A DNA stretch of 64,000 nt, taken from Chloropicon primus (lineage: Eukaryota). The DNA lies in contig CP060768.1 of NCBI GenBank assembly GCA_023205875.1, positions 248,001 to 312,000 of the forward strand, given 5' to 3'. The position numbers were made by a program, and so were the translations under genes. Below, in pieces: positions 1 to 13,936 of this stretch (its first letter is position 1; every line of letters starts with the position of its first letter). The notes beneath the pieces were generated by a model. It had not been told where the DNA came from. It was given only the letters and a program-made list of their open reading frames with translations, and made no database searches.

Positions 1-684
1 TTGTTTTTTTCTTTTCCTTGGTTCTTGTTTTGATCTATTCGCCCACGACAACAACTTGAGGCAGCACAAGGCACGGCAGGCGCGACACCCTTGGTTACGC
101 GTCCTCGTCGCCGCGATCGCGATCGCCGATCACTCCGCGATCGATCGCTTCGCCCCGCTTTGGGTTTCTTCTCCGATCGATCGATCGATCGCAGAGATCG
201 TCGCCCCGTCGCCCGCGCTTTGGTTTCACCCGAAAACCAACGCCGGCCAGTTTCGCGAGGAAACCCTAATTCGGGGATCCGAAGATCCGAAACCAGAGGA
301 GGGACATGACTGTCTATTTTTTTTCTTGGGGGGGGGTCTTAAGGTTGTGCGCCCCATCAAAAGGATTGAGGGTCAGCTTCTGCCTCTCTCTCTCTCTCTC
401 TCTCTCTTTCGCTCTTCCCGCGTTTTTGCTTGCCAAAGAATCCTTTCTTCCTGGGGAAGCTGGGACAAGCAGGCCAGTAGTGATGATGAAGGACTCGAAG
501 AAGAAGAAGACCGCGCGCGCTTCCTCGGGAAGGGGTTGGTTTGTCGTCACCCGCTGCCCTTGGAATCTGCCAAGCGCCAAAAGCAACAACAACAAAAAAC
601 AAAAAATGTGTTTCTTTTATTGATGACGAGTTACAAAAAGGTGCCAGCCACCACCAAAGCGCACACCCTCGCCGAGGAGCCTCC

Positions 685-1266
685 TCAGGCCTTGTTGAAG
701 CCCAAGCCGTTCTCGTTGGCGTACCTCTCCATGAACCTCATGAACCTGTCCCACTGGAAGGCGGACTTCATCACGTAACGCGCCTCGATCTTGTTGGGCT
801 TTCCGTCGAGGAAGCTGGCGACCACGTCCTGGGTCTGAAGCTCCCCCTCCTCGTCTATCATGTACAACCCGGTGATCTCCCCCTTCGCCACCACGTCAGC
901 GTCGTTGTCGAATATCGTGGGCTTCATAAATATGAACGTCGCCACACCGTTGCTCCCGTCCCTCGAGCGGGTCAGCTTGACCTCCGGGACGACGGCCTCG
1001 TCCACGCCTCGGACGAACTGCATGACGCAGGCGCCCGCCGAGTCGCCCGCCGAGGCTCCGCACACCACCAACGACGACGACGACGACGAGGCCGACGACG
1101 ACGGCGGCGACAGGGTCTTTCCGGACGACGGCGAAGGGAACGGCGAGACGCGCAACCCTCCCCCCCTCGACCCCACGACCCTGGTGGTCGTGGCCCTCCT
1201 CCTCGCCGTGGCCTTGGCGCCGCTCCTCGAGCACTTGGCCGCCCTCATCGCAGTTCCCCCCACCAT
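685..1266 (-). CDS. PSB28: Photosystem II assembly factor Psb28, chloroplast precursor
   Basis: [32 protein letters not shown]...[13 protein letters not shown]...[19 protein letters not shown] matches Psb28. Ser/Arg/Ala-rich transit peptide precedes it. Start at ATG 1266 (or 1248). Confidence 0.93.
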   Translation of the reverse strand: MVGGTAMRAAKCSRSGAKATARRRATTTRVVGSRGGGLRVSPFPSPSSGKTLSPPSSSASSSSSSLVVCGASAGDSAGACVMQFVRGVDEAVVPEVKLTRSRDGSNGVATFIFMKPTIFDNDADVVAKGEITGLYMIDEEGELQTQDVVASFLDGKPNKIEARYVMKSAFQWDRFMRFMERYANENGLGFNKA

Positions 1267-1572
1267 GTGATGTCCGTTACCAATGCTAGGTCGCCTGAGC
1301 AGCCCCCGCGTAACGGCCGACGAGGAGAACAGCAACAGCAGGAACCAAAAGATGCAAAGATGATTGAGATGAGAGCACAAAGCGTCGTGGGGTCAGAGAA
1401 TCTTCCCCACAGAATCTTCCACAGGGTGTCAAATCTCGCGAACGAGGGACGTGCAGATTGAGAACGACGAGACGGATTCCGTTTACGCGACCGTCTCTTC
1501 GCACAAGGTCCCGGAACCAGGCGCAGCACGCTCGAAAAAAACACTCACCTCTCTCTCTCTCTCTCTCTCGCC

Positions 1573-2700
1573 TTGATCCACCACGATCTCGCGGGCGGAG
1601 GCAACGTGTGGCTCAAACAAGAGGACCTGGAAATTTCCATTTGGGGGGGGGGGTACGAGTTTGGAGGTTGGAGGTGTCGGGGGAACGAACAACATCGTAA
1701 CGCACGTACCGGCAGCGAAGGGGAGAGGTGGAGGAGGTCCGGACACCGAGGAGGCCCGGGTGATCATGGTCAAAGACGGTGGAGATATTCTTAGGAGGCC
1801 CTCGTCACCCTGAACCAGAGCGTAGAGGAGTTTGAGACCCTTTTGGGTTTTCCGTTCGAGGCCACCTTGGAGGACGGGAAGGCCAAGAAGTGCATCGAGG
1901 GCGGCTTCTATGACGTGGCCAAGTCGTCGTCCAACTCTCGATCGATTACGGGTCTGGTTTACGGGAAGTGGAGAGAGCGATTTCTCGATCCCCGTTCGGT
2001 CTCTTGTCTTCTCCTTCTTCCAGCGACGATCCAACTCGTCTCGACGCGTGGGACGTGGTTGAGAAAACTTCAAGCCGCCGCGATCATCCGTGACAATCCG
2101 TGAGAGCACCGCGACCGAGGCACGATTGACTAAGCTCGCGACTCGAAGAAGTGGGAGGGACACACCGAAAATGCCTCCAACCCGACGAGACCTTCTCCTC
2201 AGCATCACCACCTTCCTTGCAGAAGAGGAGTCAGAGGATGTTGGAGTCTGGAGCAAGCGTTTTGGGGGAACCAACAAACAACATCAGGAAGGACAAAGGA
2301 CGTGGCGAAGGAGTACGAGTACACACGTACTACGAGAGATCCTGACTAGGGAACCGCGATGAGGGCCCCTTATTGAGGGCCACGATGACGATGGTCCATC
2401 CAAAACCTCAAACCCCAAGATTGGATTGGATGAACAATGGGACCCCGCGGGTCGTCACAACTTGACGCTCAGATTGAGAAAGCTGAGGACCCAAATATCC
2501 AAGTGTCACGACAAGATGGGCGAACTGAAGAACAAGATCGACTTCACATCAAGGAGGGAAGGAAAGGACAAGGGAGCACCACCGCCGGGGCCAAGGAACA
2601 AGGCTGATCGCCTTGAAGGACCGAGCTCAAGGAAGTGGGTTAGGTTTCTTCGTAAGTCGCGCATCCGGGTGTGGGAAACCACGACAAGATGGGCGAACTG
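1573..2700 (+). pseudogene. Possible decayed coding sequence of unknown origin
   Basis: Protein-like fragments in shifting frames (EEARVIMVKDGGDIL / EALVTLNQSVEEFETLLGFPFEATLEDGKAKKCIEGGFYDVAK / RLRKLRTQISKCHDKMGELKNKIDF) broken by stops. No family recognised. Confidence 0.3.
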
Positions 2701-2851
2701 AAGAACAAGATCGACTTCACATCAAGGAGGGAAGGAAAGGACAAGGGAGCACCACCGCCGGGGCCAAGGAACAAGGCTGATCGCCTTGAAGGACCGAGCT
2801 CAAGGAAGTGGGTTAGGTTTCTTCGTAAGTCGCGCATCCGGGTGTAGGAAA
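2507..2851. repeat. Near-perfect tandem duplication, 173-bp period
   Basis: cacgacaagatgggcgaactgaag...gcatccgggtgt at 2507-2672 recurs at 2680-2845. Confidence 0.95.
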
Positions 2852-2943
2852 TTTCCGTTTCTCACATGTGTGACGTCTCTCGATGAATATTGTTTGGTGA
2901 ATCCCGAATGCGGAAACCACAAGCGAAACAAGCGGCGTCAACA

Positions 2944-5095
<2,152 letters not shown>

Positions 5096-5097
5096 TT

Positions 5098-5114
5098 TGT
5101 AAAAATAAATGTAA
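5098..5114 (+). promoter_or_regulatory. Chlorophyte-type polyadenylation signals (TGTAA x2)
   Basis: TGTAA at 5098 and 5110 just after the JmjC stop. The same motif follows other stops at 15054/15062, 24485 and 47061. Confidence 0.55.
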
Positions 5115-5142
5115 AATTTTGTGTGTTTTTTTCCTTGCTCTC

Positions 5143-6411
5143 TTAGACTGGGACTTTGTCCGCCCCTGTTATGAAACCAAAGAAACCCACAGGGTCCTTT
5201 GGTTTCATGACTGATTTCTTCAAGTCCTCCACGTCTTCCATCGTGATGCTCACCTCCTCCCCCCCTCCCTTGGACCCCCTTTCCACGCCGGGGGGTGCCA
5301 GATCGTCGTCGTTGGAAGCAGCGCCAACGTGCCCCCCTGCCGGCCCACTTGACGTTTCTTCCCGGGCAGGCCCCGGGGGTGCTGATTTCCTCGAGAAGGC
5401 CCTGACCTGACTGGCGAGCTGATTTATTCTGTCTATGTACTCAACATTCTCCGTGATGAGCTTGTCGATCGTGCTCGATGCGGCAAGACACTGTGCGTTG
5501 GAGTCATCCAAAGTCCTCTTGACAAGAGACGTCTTCTCTTCTCCTTGAGCCAACCGGGCCTTCAGCGCCTCGTTCTCCGCTTGAAAGGGGCCCCCTTGAG
5601 CCAACCGGGCCTTCAGCGCCTCGTTCTCCGCTTGAAGGGACTCCCCTTGAGCCAACCGGGCCTTCAGCACCTCGTTCTCCGCTTGAAGGGACTCGGCCTC
5701 TTCATCCGCCCCAGTGCTTTCCGCCATCGCGGCCAGCTTCGCCAGCTGCTCATCGAGCTCCCGCCTGAGCTGCGATGCCAGACCCCTTTCTTTGGCCAGG
5801 GCTTTTTCTGCTTTGTTGAGCTGCCTCGTAAGAGTGTCCTTCTCCTCCTGAAATGCCGTGGCGGTCCCCCTCTGTTTCGTTGGCGTCCTCGGAAGGTTGG
5901 TCTCCTTCTTGGCCTGCATGGCCAGCGTCTTTTGCTCCAGAGCCACGTAGGCTTCCCTCAACCTCGCCAACTCGGTGGTCAGCGACAAGATCTGCTTGTC
6001 ACGATCAAGCTTTGCCTCTTCGCTCTTCTCTAACTCGTATTCTAGCTCCAAATACTTTGCCCTGCTGGCGTTGAGCTCCTCTGTCAGCCCATCAACGATC
6101 TCAGCCTGCCACTCTTCTATGCTCGACTGCTGACTCTTTGACGATCCCGCGGGCGATCCTGATGCCGCCCTTTCGCCCGCTTCCCCCCCATAGGGTGGGG
6201 CCTCGCCCTGATCGCCTGGCACTCCTTCATCCTCCTTCACAACCTTGTCGCTCTTCCCGGTTTCTGGGGACTTGGCGATGATTTCCACGCGAACATGAGT
6301 CTGACAGCTTTCAGTGGCGGTGCCCTCCGCCTGGACCTCGCCGCCCCCTTCCCTCCCAGCGCAAGTCAGGCTCACCTGAACGAGGCCTTCCTCCTCCGTT
6401 TCTGTCCTCAT
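5143..6411 (-). CDS. Coiled-coil protein of unknown function with internal 17-aa repeats
   Basis: 422-aa ORF, E/K/L/A-rich heptads, QAENE(A/V)LKARLAQG x3. The 5' end may include a further exon. Confidence 0.75.
   Translation of the reverse strand: MRTETEEEGLVQVSLTCAGREGGGEVQAEGTATESCQTHVRVEIIAKSPETGKSDKVVKEDEGVPGDQGEAPPYGGEAGERAASGSPAGSSKSQQSSIEEWQAEIVDGLTEELNASRAKYLELEYELEKSEEAKLDRDKQILSLTTELARLREAYVALEQKTLAMQAKKETNLPRTPTKQRGTATAFQEEKDTLTRQLNKAEKALAKERGLASQLRRELDEQLAKLAAMAESTGADEEAESLQAENEVLKARLAQGESLQAENEALKARLAQGGPFQAENEALKARLAQGEEKTSLVKRTLDDSNAQCLAASSTIDKLITENVEYIDRINQLASQVRAFSRKSAPPGPAREETSSGPAGGHVGAASNDDDLAPPGVERGSKGGGEEVSITMEDVEDLKKSVMKPKDPVGFFGFITGADKVPV
5543..5694. repeat. Coding tandem repeat, 51 bp x3
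   Basis: ccttgagccaaccgggccttcagc.cctcgttctccgcttgaa starts at 5543, 5594 and 5645. Confidence 0.93.
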
Positions 6412-6823
6412 CAGTGGACTACGACGCTTGGCACTGACCCGCCCAGGACTCCAATTCCATCAATCAAGGACTCTACGGAAAGATCGCGAGGTCTAGTTTC
6501 GTCCAGTGTCCTCCTTCCCCCTTACCTCGTCGTGACCGTCCTCAACTTGGTCCACGAAGACTCTCAAAGTGCCTCGGGCCTCCGACCTTTGGCTCCCCCT
6601 CCCCCCTGGTTTGAAAGTGCACAGCGAGGAGGAGGAGGAGGAGGTCGTCGCGTGACTTCACGACGGGTTTTTTTGGTTGTAGTGGGTCGAGGGATGAAGG
6701 AGACAGGGACTGAAGGAAGAATCGTCTCGATATCTTTCGATTGATACCTTGGTCGAGGGATTTGGCCCAAGGGAGGCCAAGGGAGGCGCTAGTGACTGTG
6801 TCTGTGAAGCAGGAAGGGGAAGG

Positions 6824-7546
6824 ATGTCTGCAGCACTCGAGGCGAGACGGCTGTGGGTGAAGCGTGGCGGGGGCAGTGGGGAGCAGAGCAAGGCGGTGCT
6901 AAAGAATGTGAACTTGAGAGTCCAGAGGGGGCACCTCCACATGCTTCTTGGAAAGAACGGGAGCGGGAAGTCGACGTTCATGGAAACCATTGCTGGACTC
7001 TTGCCGATATCGAGTGGAGAGCTCTCAGTGGCCGTCCAGCCGTGCAGAGTCGTGAGCCAGAACCCGGACCACTCGATCATCTTGCCGACGGTGTGGTCCG
7101 AGGTGGCGTTTGGCTTGTGGGACCAGGATCTCGAGCCAGCCGTCGTGGAGGAGAAGGTCCTGAAGGCGTTGAGGCAGGTGAACCTCGAGGGAATGAGCGC
7201 GAGCTCCATTGGGACGCTGTCTGGGGGGCAGAAGCAGAGGCTCGCTTTGGCTGGAGCCCTGGTGGAGTCGCCGAAGCTTCTTCTCCTGGACGAGATCACG
7301 AGCTTTCTTGACGTGGAAAACCAGTTCGGCGTCCTCCGAACCGTGAAAGACCTGATCCAAGGGGATCCGGAGGGGGAACTCAGTGCGTTGTGGGTCACGC
7401 ACAGGTCCGAGGAGCTCCAGTACGCCTCCAGCGCGTCTCTGATGGATAAGGGCGAAATCGTCGGGGTTGCTGCCGACCAGAGCGAGGTGGGAGACCTGGT
7501 TCGGCAGTTTGAACAAGTTTGCCGCCTTCAGGGGGACGTGTGGTAG
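6824..7546 (+). CDS. Stand-alone ABC ATPase, ECF/CbiO-like (plant ABCI family)
   Basis: Walker A GKNGSGKST, Q-loop QNPD, signature LSGGQKQR, Walker B LLLLDE, H-loop WVTH. No transmembrane domain. Confidence 0.88.
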   Translation: MSAALEARRLWVKRGGGSGEQSKAVLKNVNLRVQRGHLHMLLGKNGSGKSTFMETIAGLLPISSGELSVAVQPCRVVSQNPDHSIILPTVWSEVAFGLWDQDLEPAVVEEKVLKALRQVNLEGMSASSIGTLSGGQKQRLALAGALVESPKLLLLDEITSFLDVENQFGVLRTVKDLIQGDPEGELSALWVTHRSEELQYASSASLMDKGEIVGVAADQSEVGDLVRQFEQVCRLQGDVW

Positions 7547-8282
7547 AGAGGCTTGCCCACGACGACGCTCGTGAGAAGAATATTTTGTGTATATTGATGT
7601 ATTATTGCTTTCAGAGGTTGCGAGAACCGGGGGTTATGACCCTCCGAATCGATTCACGGGCAGGACCCCCGCCCCCTTTCCTTTGCCCATCATCAACCTC
7701 TGGCAAATCCTCAGGATTGGGCCATCCTCAACAAGCGAGGAGAGCGAAAACGAGCGAGGAAGAGACGAGAACTCCTCCATCTGCCACCCTCCCACCCTCG
7801 TCCTCCACCACCACCACCACCATCAGCAGCAGCATCACTACCCAAGGTCCAGGTTTGCTTGGGGTGCTGGTGTGAAATTCCCAGAAAGAAAGAGAGAGAG
7901 AGAGAGGCAAGAGAAAGAAATAGTGTGTGTGTGTGTGTGTGTGCCAAGTGAACCGCTCCGCTTCCGCTTCCCTCCCTCAATGCATCATCATCATCTCCCT
8001 CTGTCCTCTTCAATCTGCTGCTGGCGAAAATCCGGATCCATTTTTCAGCAGCTCCTGGCGGCTGGGCTGGAGGAAGGGACTCTCTTTCGTCGGTCATTCA
8101 TCGCATCGGGAAGGAACGGAAGGCGCCTTACGGATTGGTTCGATCGTTGTCCTCCTCGTGACGCGTTCTCTTCCTCTTCGTGTTTCGACGACGACGACGG
8201 TCCAAGTTTTTTTTCTTTTTCTTCTCCTCCTCGTGGAGTTGATTGCGATTGACTGTCGAGAGACAAGAGCAAGCAAGGGACC

Positions 8283-11194
8283 ATGGTGAAGGCTTACTTG
8301 AGGTATGAGCACAGCTTGTGCTTTGGTATTGTGGCCAGCACGAGCTCCAGGACAGCGAAGATTGTGGAAGGGTTTCCTGAGAAAGGTGACACGGCCATCG
8401 CACCAGCCCTCGAGGGCATCAACTTGTGGCAACTCCGAAAGGTAAGTTAAGTTCTCTGCTGCTCAGAGTGGTGTGGGTTTCGGTTTCAGCCAATGCCGAA
8501 TTGCTAACGCTGATGTTTTTGCTCATCGTCACGCAGGGTGTGCTGCTGAAGCGGATGGTGCCATCAGGTTCTGGCGCGTTCTCACAGGCCGCCGAGGAAA
8601 CCGCCGTTGGCTCTGCAGTGGGTGCTGGCCCAACTTCTTCGGAGGGAGCAGTAACGGCGTTGTGCAGGATACCCGGTAGGGGTCAGGTTGCTGCCGGACA
8701 CTCCACAGGGAGTCTGAAATTGTGGAACCTCTCTACTGGATTCTGCGAGGCTTCGTTCAGTGGCCACAAGACTGCTGTGAGCTGCCTCGCGTACTCGCCG
8801 GAGAAGGCGACCCTGGCGAGCGGTGGAAGGGACTCGGACATTGTCTTGTGGGACCTTGTCTCGGAGTCCGGCCTCTTCAGGCTCAAAGGTCACAGGAACG
8901 AGGTCACTGCTCTTGTGTTTTTGCCCGAGCATGACTCTTTGGTGAGCTCGAGCAAGGACGCCTGCATCAGAGTATGGAGCCTCGGGTCTCAGCACTGCAC
9001 CCAGGTCGTGACCATGCACAGGGGAGAGGTCTGGTCCATGGACCTGTCGCACGACCGCAGGTGCCTCGTCACCGGGTCTTTGGATGACCAGCTTCTTTGC
9101 TTCAGGGTCAAGACTGTGGAGGAATTGGAGGAGGAGGGCGAAGAGAGCAATGCTTCCATCATTGGCAGCTCCTCGGACGTGTTGACCCCGAGTGGGACCT
9201 TGGTGAGGAGGAGCCAGAGCAGAGTCCAGCAACTGCTTTTTGACAGCTCTAGCGGGTCGCGAGGCAGCAAGTACTTTGGCGTTCTTGGGGTGGGAAAGGT
9301 GTTCGAGTTATACAGAACTCTGACCGCCAAGGAGTCCGCCAAGAAAGCAAAGAGGAAGCTCAAGCGGAAGAGGGAGAAGGAGAAGCAACTTGCGTCGCAG
9401 TCTCCCGGTGGCATGGAAAGCGGTGGCGCCACCGGTTCAGCGGGAAAGGATGACGGTCCAAGCGTAGCCGCGGAGCCAACACTGGCGGACGACTTTCAGC
9501 TGGAGACCACGATAAGCTTGAAGCACAAGATAAAGTCGTTCTTCTTCACGAGCTCGAGGTCGGGGAAGCTCAGGATAGTCTTGGCGCTCGCGAACAACTC
9601 CTTGGAGGTTTACGAGCTCAACCAGAAGAGCGAGCCAGAAGACTCGGGAATGGAGGCTTTGAGGATACACTCGCTGGACTCCCAGGGGCATGGCGGAGAT
9701 GTGAGGTCACTGAGCGTGTCGAACGACAACTCGATGATCCTGTCCTGCAGTTACAACGGCATCAAGATCTGGAACTCGAACAGTGGCAACTGCTTACGAG
9801 CTTGCGCCGGGGGCTATGGCCTGTGCTGCACCTTTGTGGTCGGCGACAGGTACGCTTGCGTTGGCACCAAATCGGGAGCGATCGAGGTCTACGACGTGTC
9901 CTTTGGGGGCAAGATTCAGGTGATCGATGCGCACGAGCAAGCGGTGTGGAGCATGAGGGCTCTGCCGGACAGCAGTGGCCTGGTCAGCGTCAGCGGGGAC
10001 GGCCAAATCAAGTTCTGGGAGTATGGGATGCTCACCACGGACGCGGACACGGAGAACGCCAGCAAGGCCTTGACCCTGGAGCACAAGAGGAGCCTCAAGA
10101 TGCCAGAGGATGTCCTTTGCATCGCCATCGACAACGAGGGCAAGTACATCGCCGTGGGATTGATCGACGCGAGCATCAAGATGTTTTTCACGGACACCCT
10201 GAAGTTCTACCTCTCCCTCTACGGGCACAAGCTGCCTGTGCTGTGCTGCGACATCTCCTCTGACGGCACCCTCCTTGCGAGTGGATCCGCGGACAAGAAC
10301 CTGAAGATTTGGGGGGTCGACTTCGGGGACTGCCACAAGTCCCTTTTTGCTCACACGGACTCGGTCACCCAAGTCAAGTTTGTCCCAAAGACCCACTACT
10401 TGTTTACCGCCGGGAAGGACGGGGTGCTCAAGTACTGGGACGCGGACAAGTTTGAGCTCCTCCTGGAGCTCAAGGCGCACCACTCCGAGATCTGGTCGCT
10501 CGCCGTGAGCTCCGGCGGCGAGTTCTGCATCACGGGGTCCCACGACACTTCCATCAGGAGGTGGGACAGGACGGAAGAAGCCTTCTTTCTCGAGGAGGAG
10601 AAGGAGAAGAGGCTCGAGACGATGTTCGACTCTGTTCTCGATGACGACAACATCGAGAAGCTGAATGCGGCGTGGGAGGCTGAGGGGGCATCCGCTGCCG
10701 CTGGAAAGAAGAGCCAGCAGACGGTGACGGCCGCGGACAGCGCTATTGATGCGCTGGATATCGCAAACCATGAGCTGGAGAGGATCGAGGAGCATAGGAC
10801 TCAGGTCGAGAAGGGCAGGAACAAGGCCAAGTTCGTCCCCAACCCACTTCTGCTTGGAAGGGAGCCGCTGGACTTTGTGTTCGAGACCTTGAAAAAGATC
10901 AAGAGCTCGGACATCGAGCAGGCCCTGATCCTGCTGCCTTTCAACGACGCCCTCAAGGTCTTGGCCTACTGCGAGTCTTGGCTCAAGGACCCCATGGAGA
11001 CCGAGTTCACGTGCAAGATCGTCATGACCCTGGTTCGTATCCACCTGGACCAGATTCAGAACACAACGAACGTGAAGCCCCTGCTGTCAAGCCTGCGCGA
11101 GCTCATGAGGCCATCCCTGGGAAGGATCAAGTCCATCATCGGCACGAACAAGGCCGCGATCACCTTTCTGAGGATGAAGACCGAGGCGGCGTGA
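8283..11194 (+). CDS. WDR3: U3 snoRNA-associated WD40 protein UTP12/DIP2/WDR3; exons 8283-8441, 8537-11194
   Basis: N-terminus MVKAYLRYE, many WD40 repeats (SLYGHKLPVLCCDISSDG, SADKNLKIWGVDFGDCHKSLFAH), C-terminal Utp12 domain (DIEQALILLPF). In-frame GT-AG intron. Confidence 0.93.
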
Positions 11195-11387
11195 CGACGG
11201 GCGACGGTGGTGATGGCGAGCGGGAGCGAAGGGAACGCCCGCAAAGGGCTGCGCAGACCTCCTCTTAATGATTTGAATTGTTGAATTGTTGAATTTAATA
11301 GTTCTCCAAAGGCAAAAAAAAACGTTTTCAATTGATCTATTATTTTTTTTTTCGAGTTGAGTTTTTTCTTCTTCTTTTCTCGCTCCT

Positions 11388-12813
11388 TTAGATGGCCTTG
11401 ACGTCCTCAGGGAGCGAAGTTCCCTCGACACCGGCGAGCTCGGCTCCGTCCAGGTAGGCATCAGCAAGCTGCACCCTCTTGACGTTCTCCTGCTCCTCGA
11501 CCAAGAGGTTTCCGTACCTCATCAAGGACTCGACGTCCATCTGTGGAGGGGCGAACTTTGGTGGACCCTCCCTGGAGTTGACGAGCCTCGAGCTCAAGTT
11601 CTCCAGACCGGTGTCGCCGATGAATCCCCTGACGAGGTCATCGTAGATCCTGGCCCTGAGGGCACCGAAGAAATCGATGGACTGGTTAGGGAAAGCGTCG
11701 ACCAACCTCTCGATGGCGACCTCTCCAATGTCGTCGTCCTTGAAGATACCGCTGCAGATTCCGACCCTGTCCTCCCTGGTTGGGTTCCAGTAGAACTTCT
11801 CCATACGTCCGTCACGGATGAGCGGGGCGTACAAGGTGGAGAAATCGTTACCGGTGCAGATGATAGGGACCCTTGGGATCTCCTCGTTGTTGTAGACACC
11901 TGGGAGCTGGACGTTGGTAGGGCTGTCGGCGATGTTCATCAAGGTGGCGTTGACCATCTGGTTGTTGACGGTGTACTGGGTGGTTCCGCCCATCCTTCCG
12001 GCACCGGCGTCAAGATCGTTGATGAAGAGGGAGCACATCTTTCCCTTCTTGATGACGTCGGAGGCCTCCCTGTACCTCTGCCTGACGAGCTTGGCTGGCT
12101 CTCCGGCGTTACCGGACTCCAACTCACCGGCACTCATGACGATGGGGTTGACGCCCAACTTCTGGAAGGCCAAGTGGGTCTGGAAGGTCTTGCCCTGACC
12201 CTTTCCTCCCCAGACTCCCAAGATCAGTGGGACCTTGATCTTAGGAAGCTCCATGAAGTTCTTGGCAATGTGCACGGTGAGCTTGTCCAGGAAAGGCTTG
12301 GAGATGTAGAACCCCTCGGCGGTGGTGTTGTCGTACGTCTTCAAGCCACCGGACATGTAGTCGGAGGAGGACTGGATCTGGTTGTGGGTTCCCTGCATGC
12401 CGGCGGCGCCCTGGAATCCGGATCCGACCATGCCGCGACCGCGGTGGATGTCCATCTGGTCGTTGCCTGGACCAGAGTCATCGGCGAGTCCGGCCCACCT
12501 GTCCTTCTTCTCGGCCTGAACCCTCACGGCTCTCTTGGCCTGGCCCGCCCTGGAGGCCACTGGGGCTCTCCTGGTGACGTGGGATGGGATGGAAGAACGA
12601 GAGAGAGCAAGAGGGTCAGCACACACGTCGCGAGTGAGCGAGTGAGGAGGTTGGGGTGCGTTGAAGAAGAGACAAGGGAGAGAGAGAGAGAGAGAGAGGG
12701 ACGAGGACGACGCGGGATGACGAGGAAGAAGAAGAAGAAGAAGAAGAAAAAAAAGAAACAGAGACGTACCTGGCCTTGACGGTGGTGGTGTTCTTCATCG
12801 CAACAGCCTTCAT
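11388..12813 (-). CDS. RCA: Rubisco activase, chloroplast precursor; exons 12813-12770, 12549-11388
   Basis: KVPLILGVWGGKGQGKT, GELESGNAGEPAKL, LFINDLDAGAGR, LYAPLIRDGRMEKFYW, QSIDFFGALRAR. Transit-peptide exon MKAVAMKNTTTVKAR splices in frame. Confidence 0.96.
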
Positions 12814-13108
12814 GGTTCCCTTGGGGGTTGTTTCGTGCAAGTAACTTGGCTTCACTTCTGTGCTCTCGGTCCTCGTGCGACGAGGGGTGACTGACTTCTG
12901 TTTTCTATCAATCGAGAACTGGATTAGATTTCCCCCTCGAGAGCGGATCTCCACCACACACGAGGTGAAACGTCACTCGCAGAACACCTCGACTGCAAAT
13001 CGAGGGGTCGAGAGAGCTCGGTGCGCTGAAAAACGTGTGTGTCTCTGGTTTACATTAAAAAGGGGACGCCTGGACGAAGGAAGGGGACCGCCACCTCATG
13101 CCATGGTG

Positions 13109-13275
13109 GGGTGCCACCCTTGTGGAACTGGGGGTCGTGCTGAGACTCGTGTAGTTTGGATGGATGCCATGGGCCATGTCCGCGGAGAGCAAGAATGACT
13201 TCTGCAGGGCGCTGAGACTTTCCGCTCTCGGACTTGCAGCACGCCGTGGTAACCCTCTTGACCAGGGTGGCACCC
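13109..13275. other. Nested inverted repeats (candidate structured RNA or small foldback element)
   Basis: gggtgccaccct 13109-13120 pairs with agggtggcaccc 13264-13275; cgtgctg 13136-13142 with cagcacg 13237-13243; gtcc..gagagc 13178-13190 with gctctcggac 13224-13233. Confidence 0.45.
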
Positions 13276-13654
13276 ACTGGGTGGTGCGTTACCAAACCCA
13301 AACCCAAATCCAATCAAACCACGAGGAGGACAGACGACCGATGGGTGTTGTTGTGAAGAGCATCCTCGATCGCGCCATTATCTCTCTATCTCTCTTTCCT
13401 TTCTCAAAGATTGGGTCTGCTGCTGGTGAGGGTGAAACATGAAAAACGAAAACGGATGGATGATGGATGATGGATGAAGTCTCAATCCAATCCTCCTCCC
13501 ACCACGCACCCCTCCGGGTCTCACACCCTCTTCCAAAAGGCTTTTGCGAGGACGTGACAAAGATTGACAGAGAGAGAGAGACGAAGATCGATTGTGTTGA
13601 ACACTGCTGCTGGGCGAAATCCAACTGCCTGAGAGCTCGTGCTCTCCCGGCGAG

Positions 13655-13842
13655 CAGATCGCCCCCCCCCCCATCCCTCCACCCCTGTCACCTCCCTCCG
13701 ACCTTGCATGGCATGGCATGGCATTCCGAGTCGAAACCAGTGGAACGAACGAAGCAGAGTGGATTGAGAAAAGGGGGGGATCGCAAGCTCCCCGCGGTGC
13801 AATCAGATCGTCCTCCACCCCTGTCGCCTCCCTCCGACCTTG
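13655..13842. repeat. Short degenerate direct repeat, 136-bp offset, upstream of proteasome beta5
   Basis: cctccacccctgtc(a/g)cctccctccgaccttgc at 13676 and 13812, each preceded by cagatcg. Confidence 0.8.
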
Positions 13843-13936
13843 CCATCATCCATCCAGCTCCGCGCCCCAGCAGAATCAGGCTCAAGAAAAAATGAGAGAA
13901 AACATTTTTTTAGGGTTAGTTCAAAAAATCGAAACC

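Noticed and set aside
56..778. 240-aa + strand ORF at the window start
   Set aside because: Starts at TTG, crosses CT and poly-A tracts and overlaps Psb28 antisense. Not coding-like.
7550..8280. Several 100-220 aa ORFs between the ABC ATPase and UTP12
   Set aside because: They run through microsatellites and low-complexity promoter sequence, with no domain or codon signal.
13129..13160. GGGGG..GCTGAGA resembling the 5' half of a TPP riboswitch
   Set aside because: The downstream ACCTGA...GGGAA half of the aptamer is absent. Kept only as a generic structured element.
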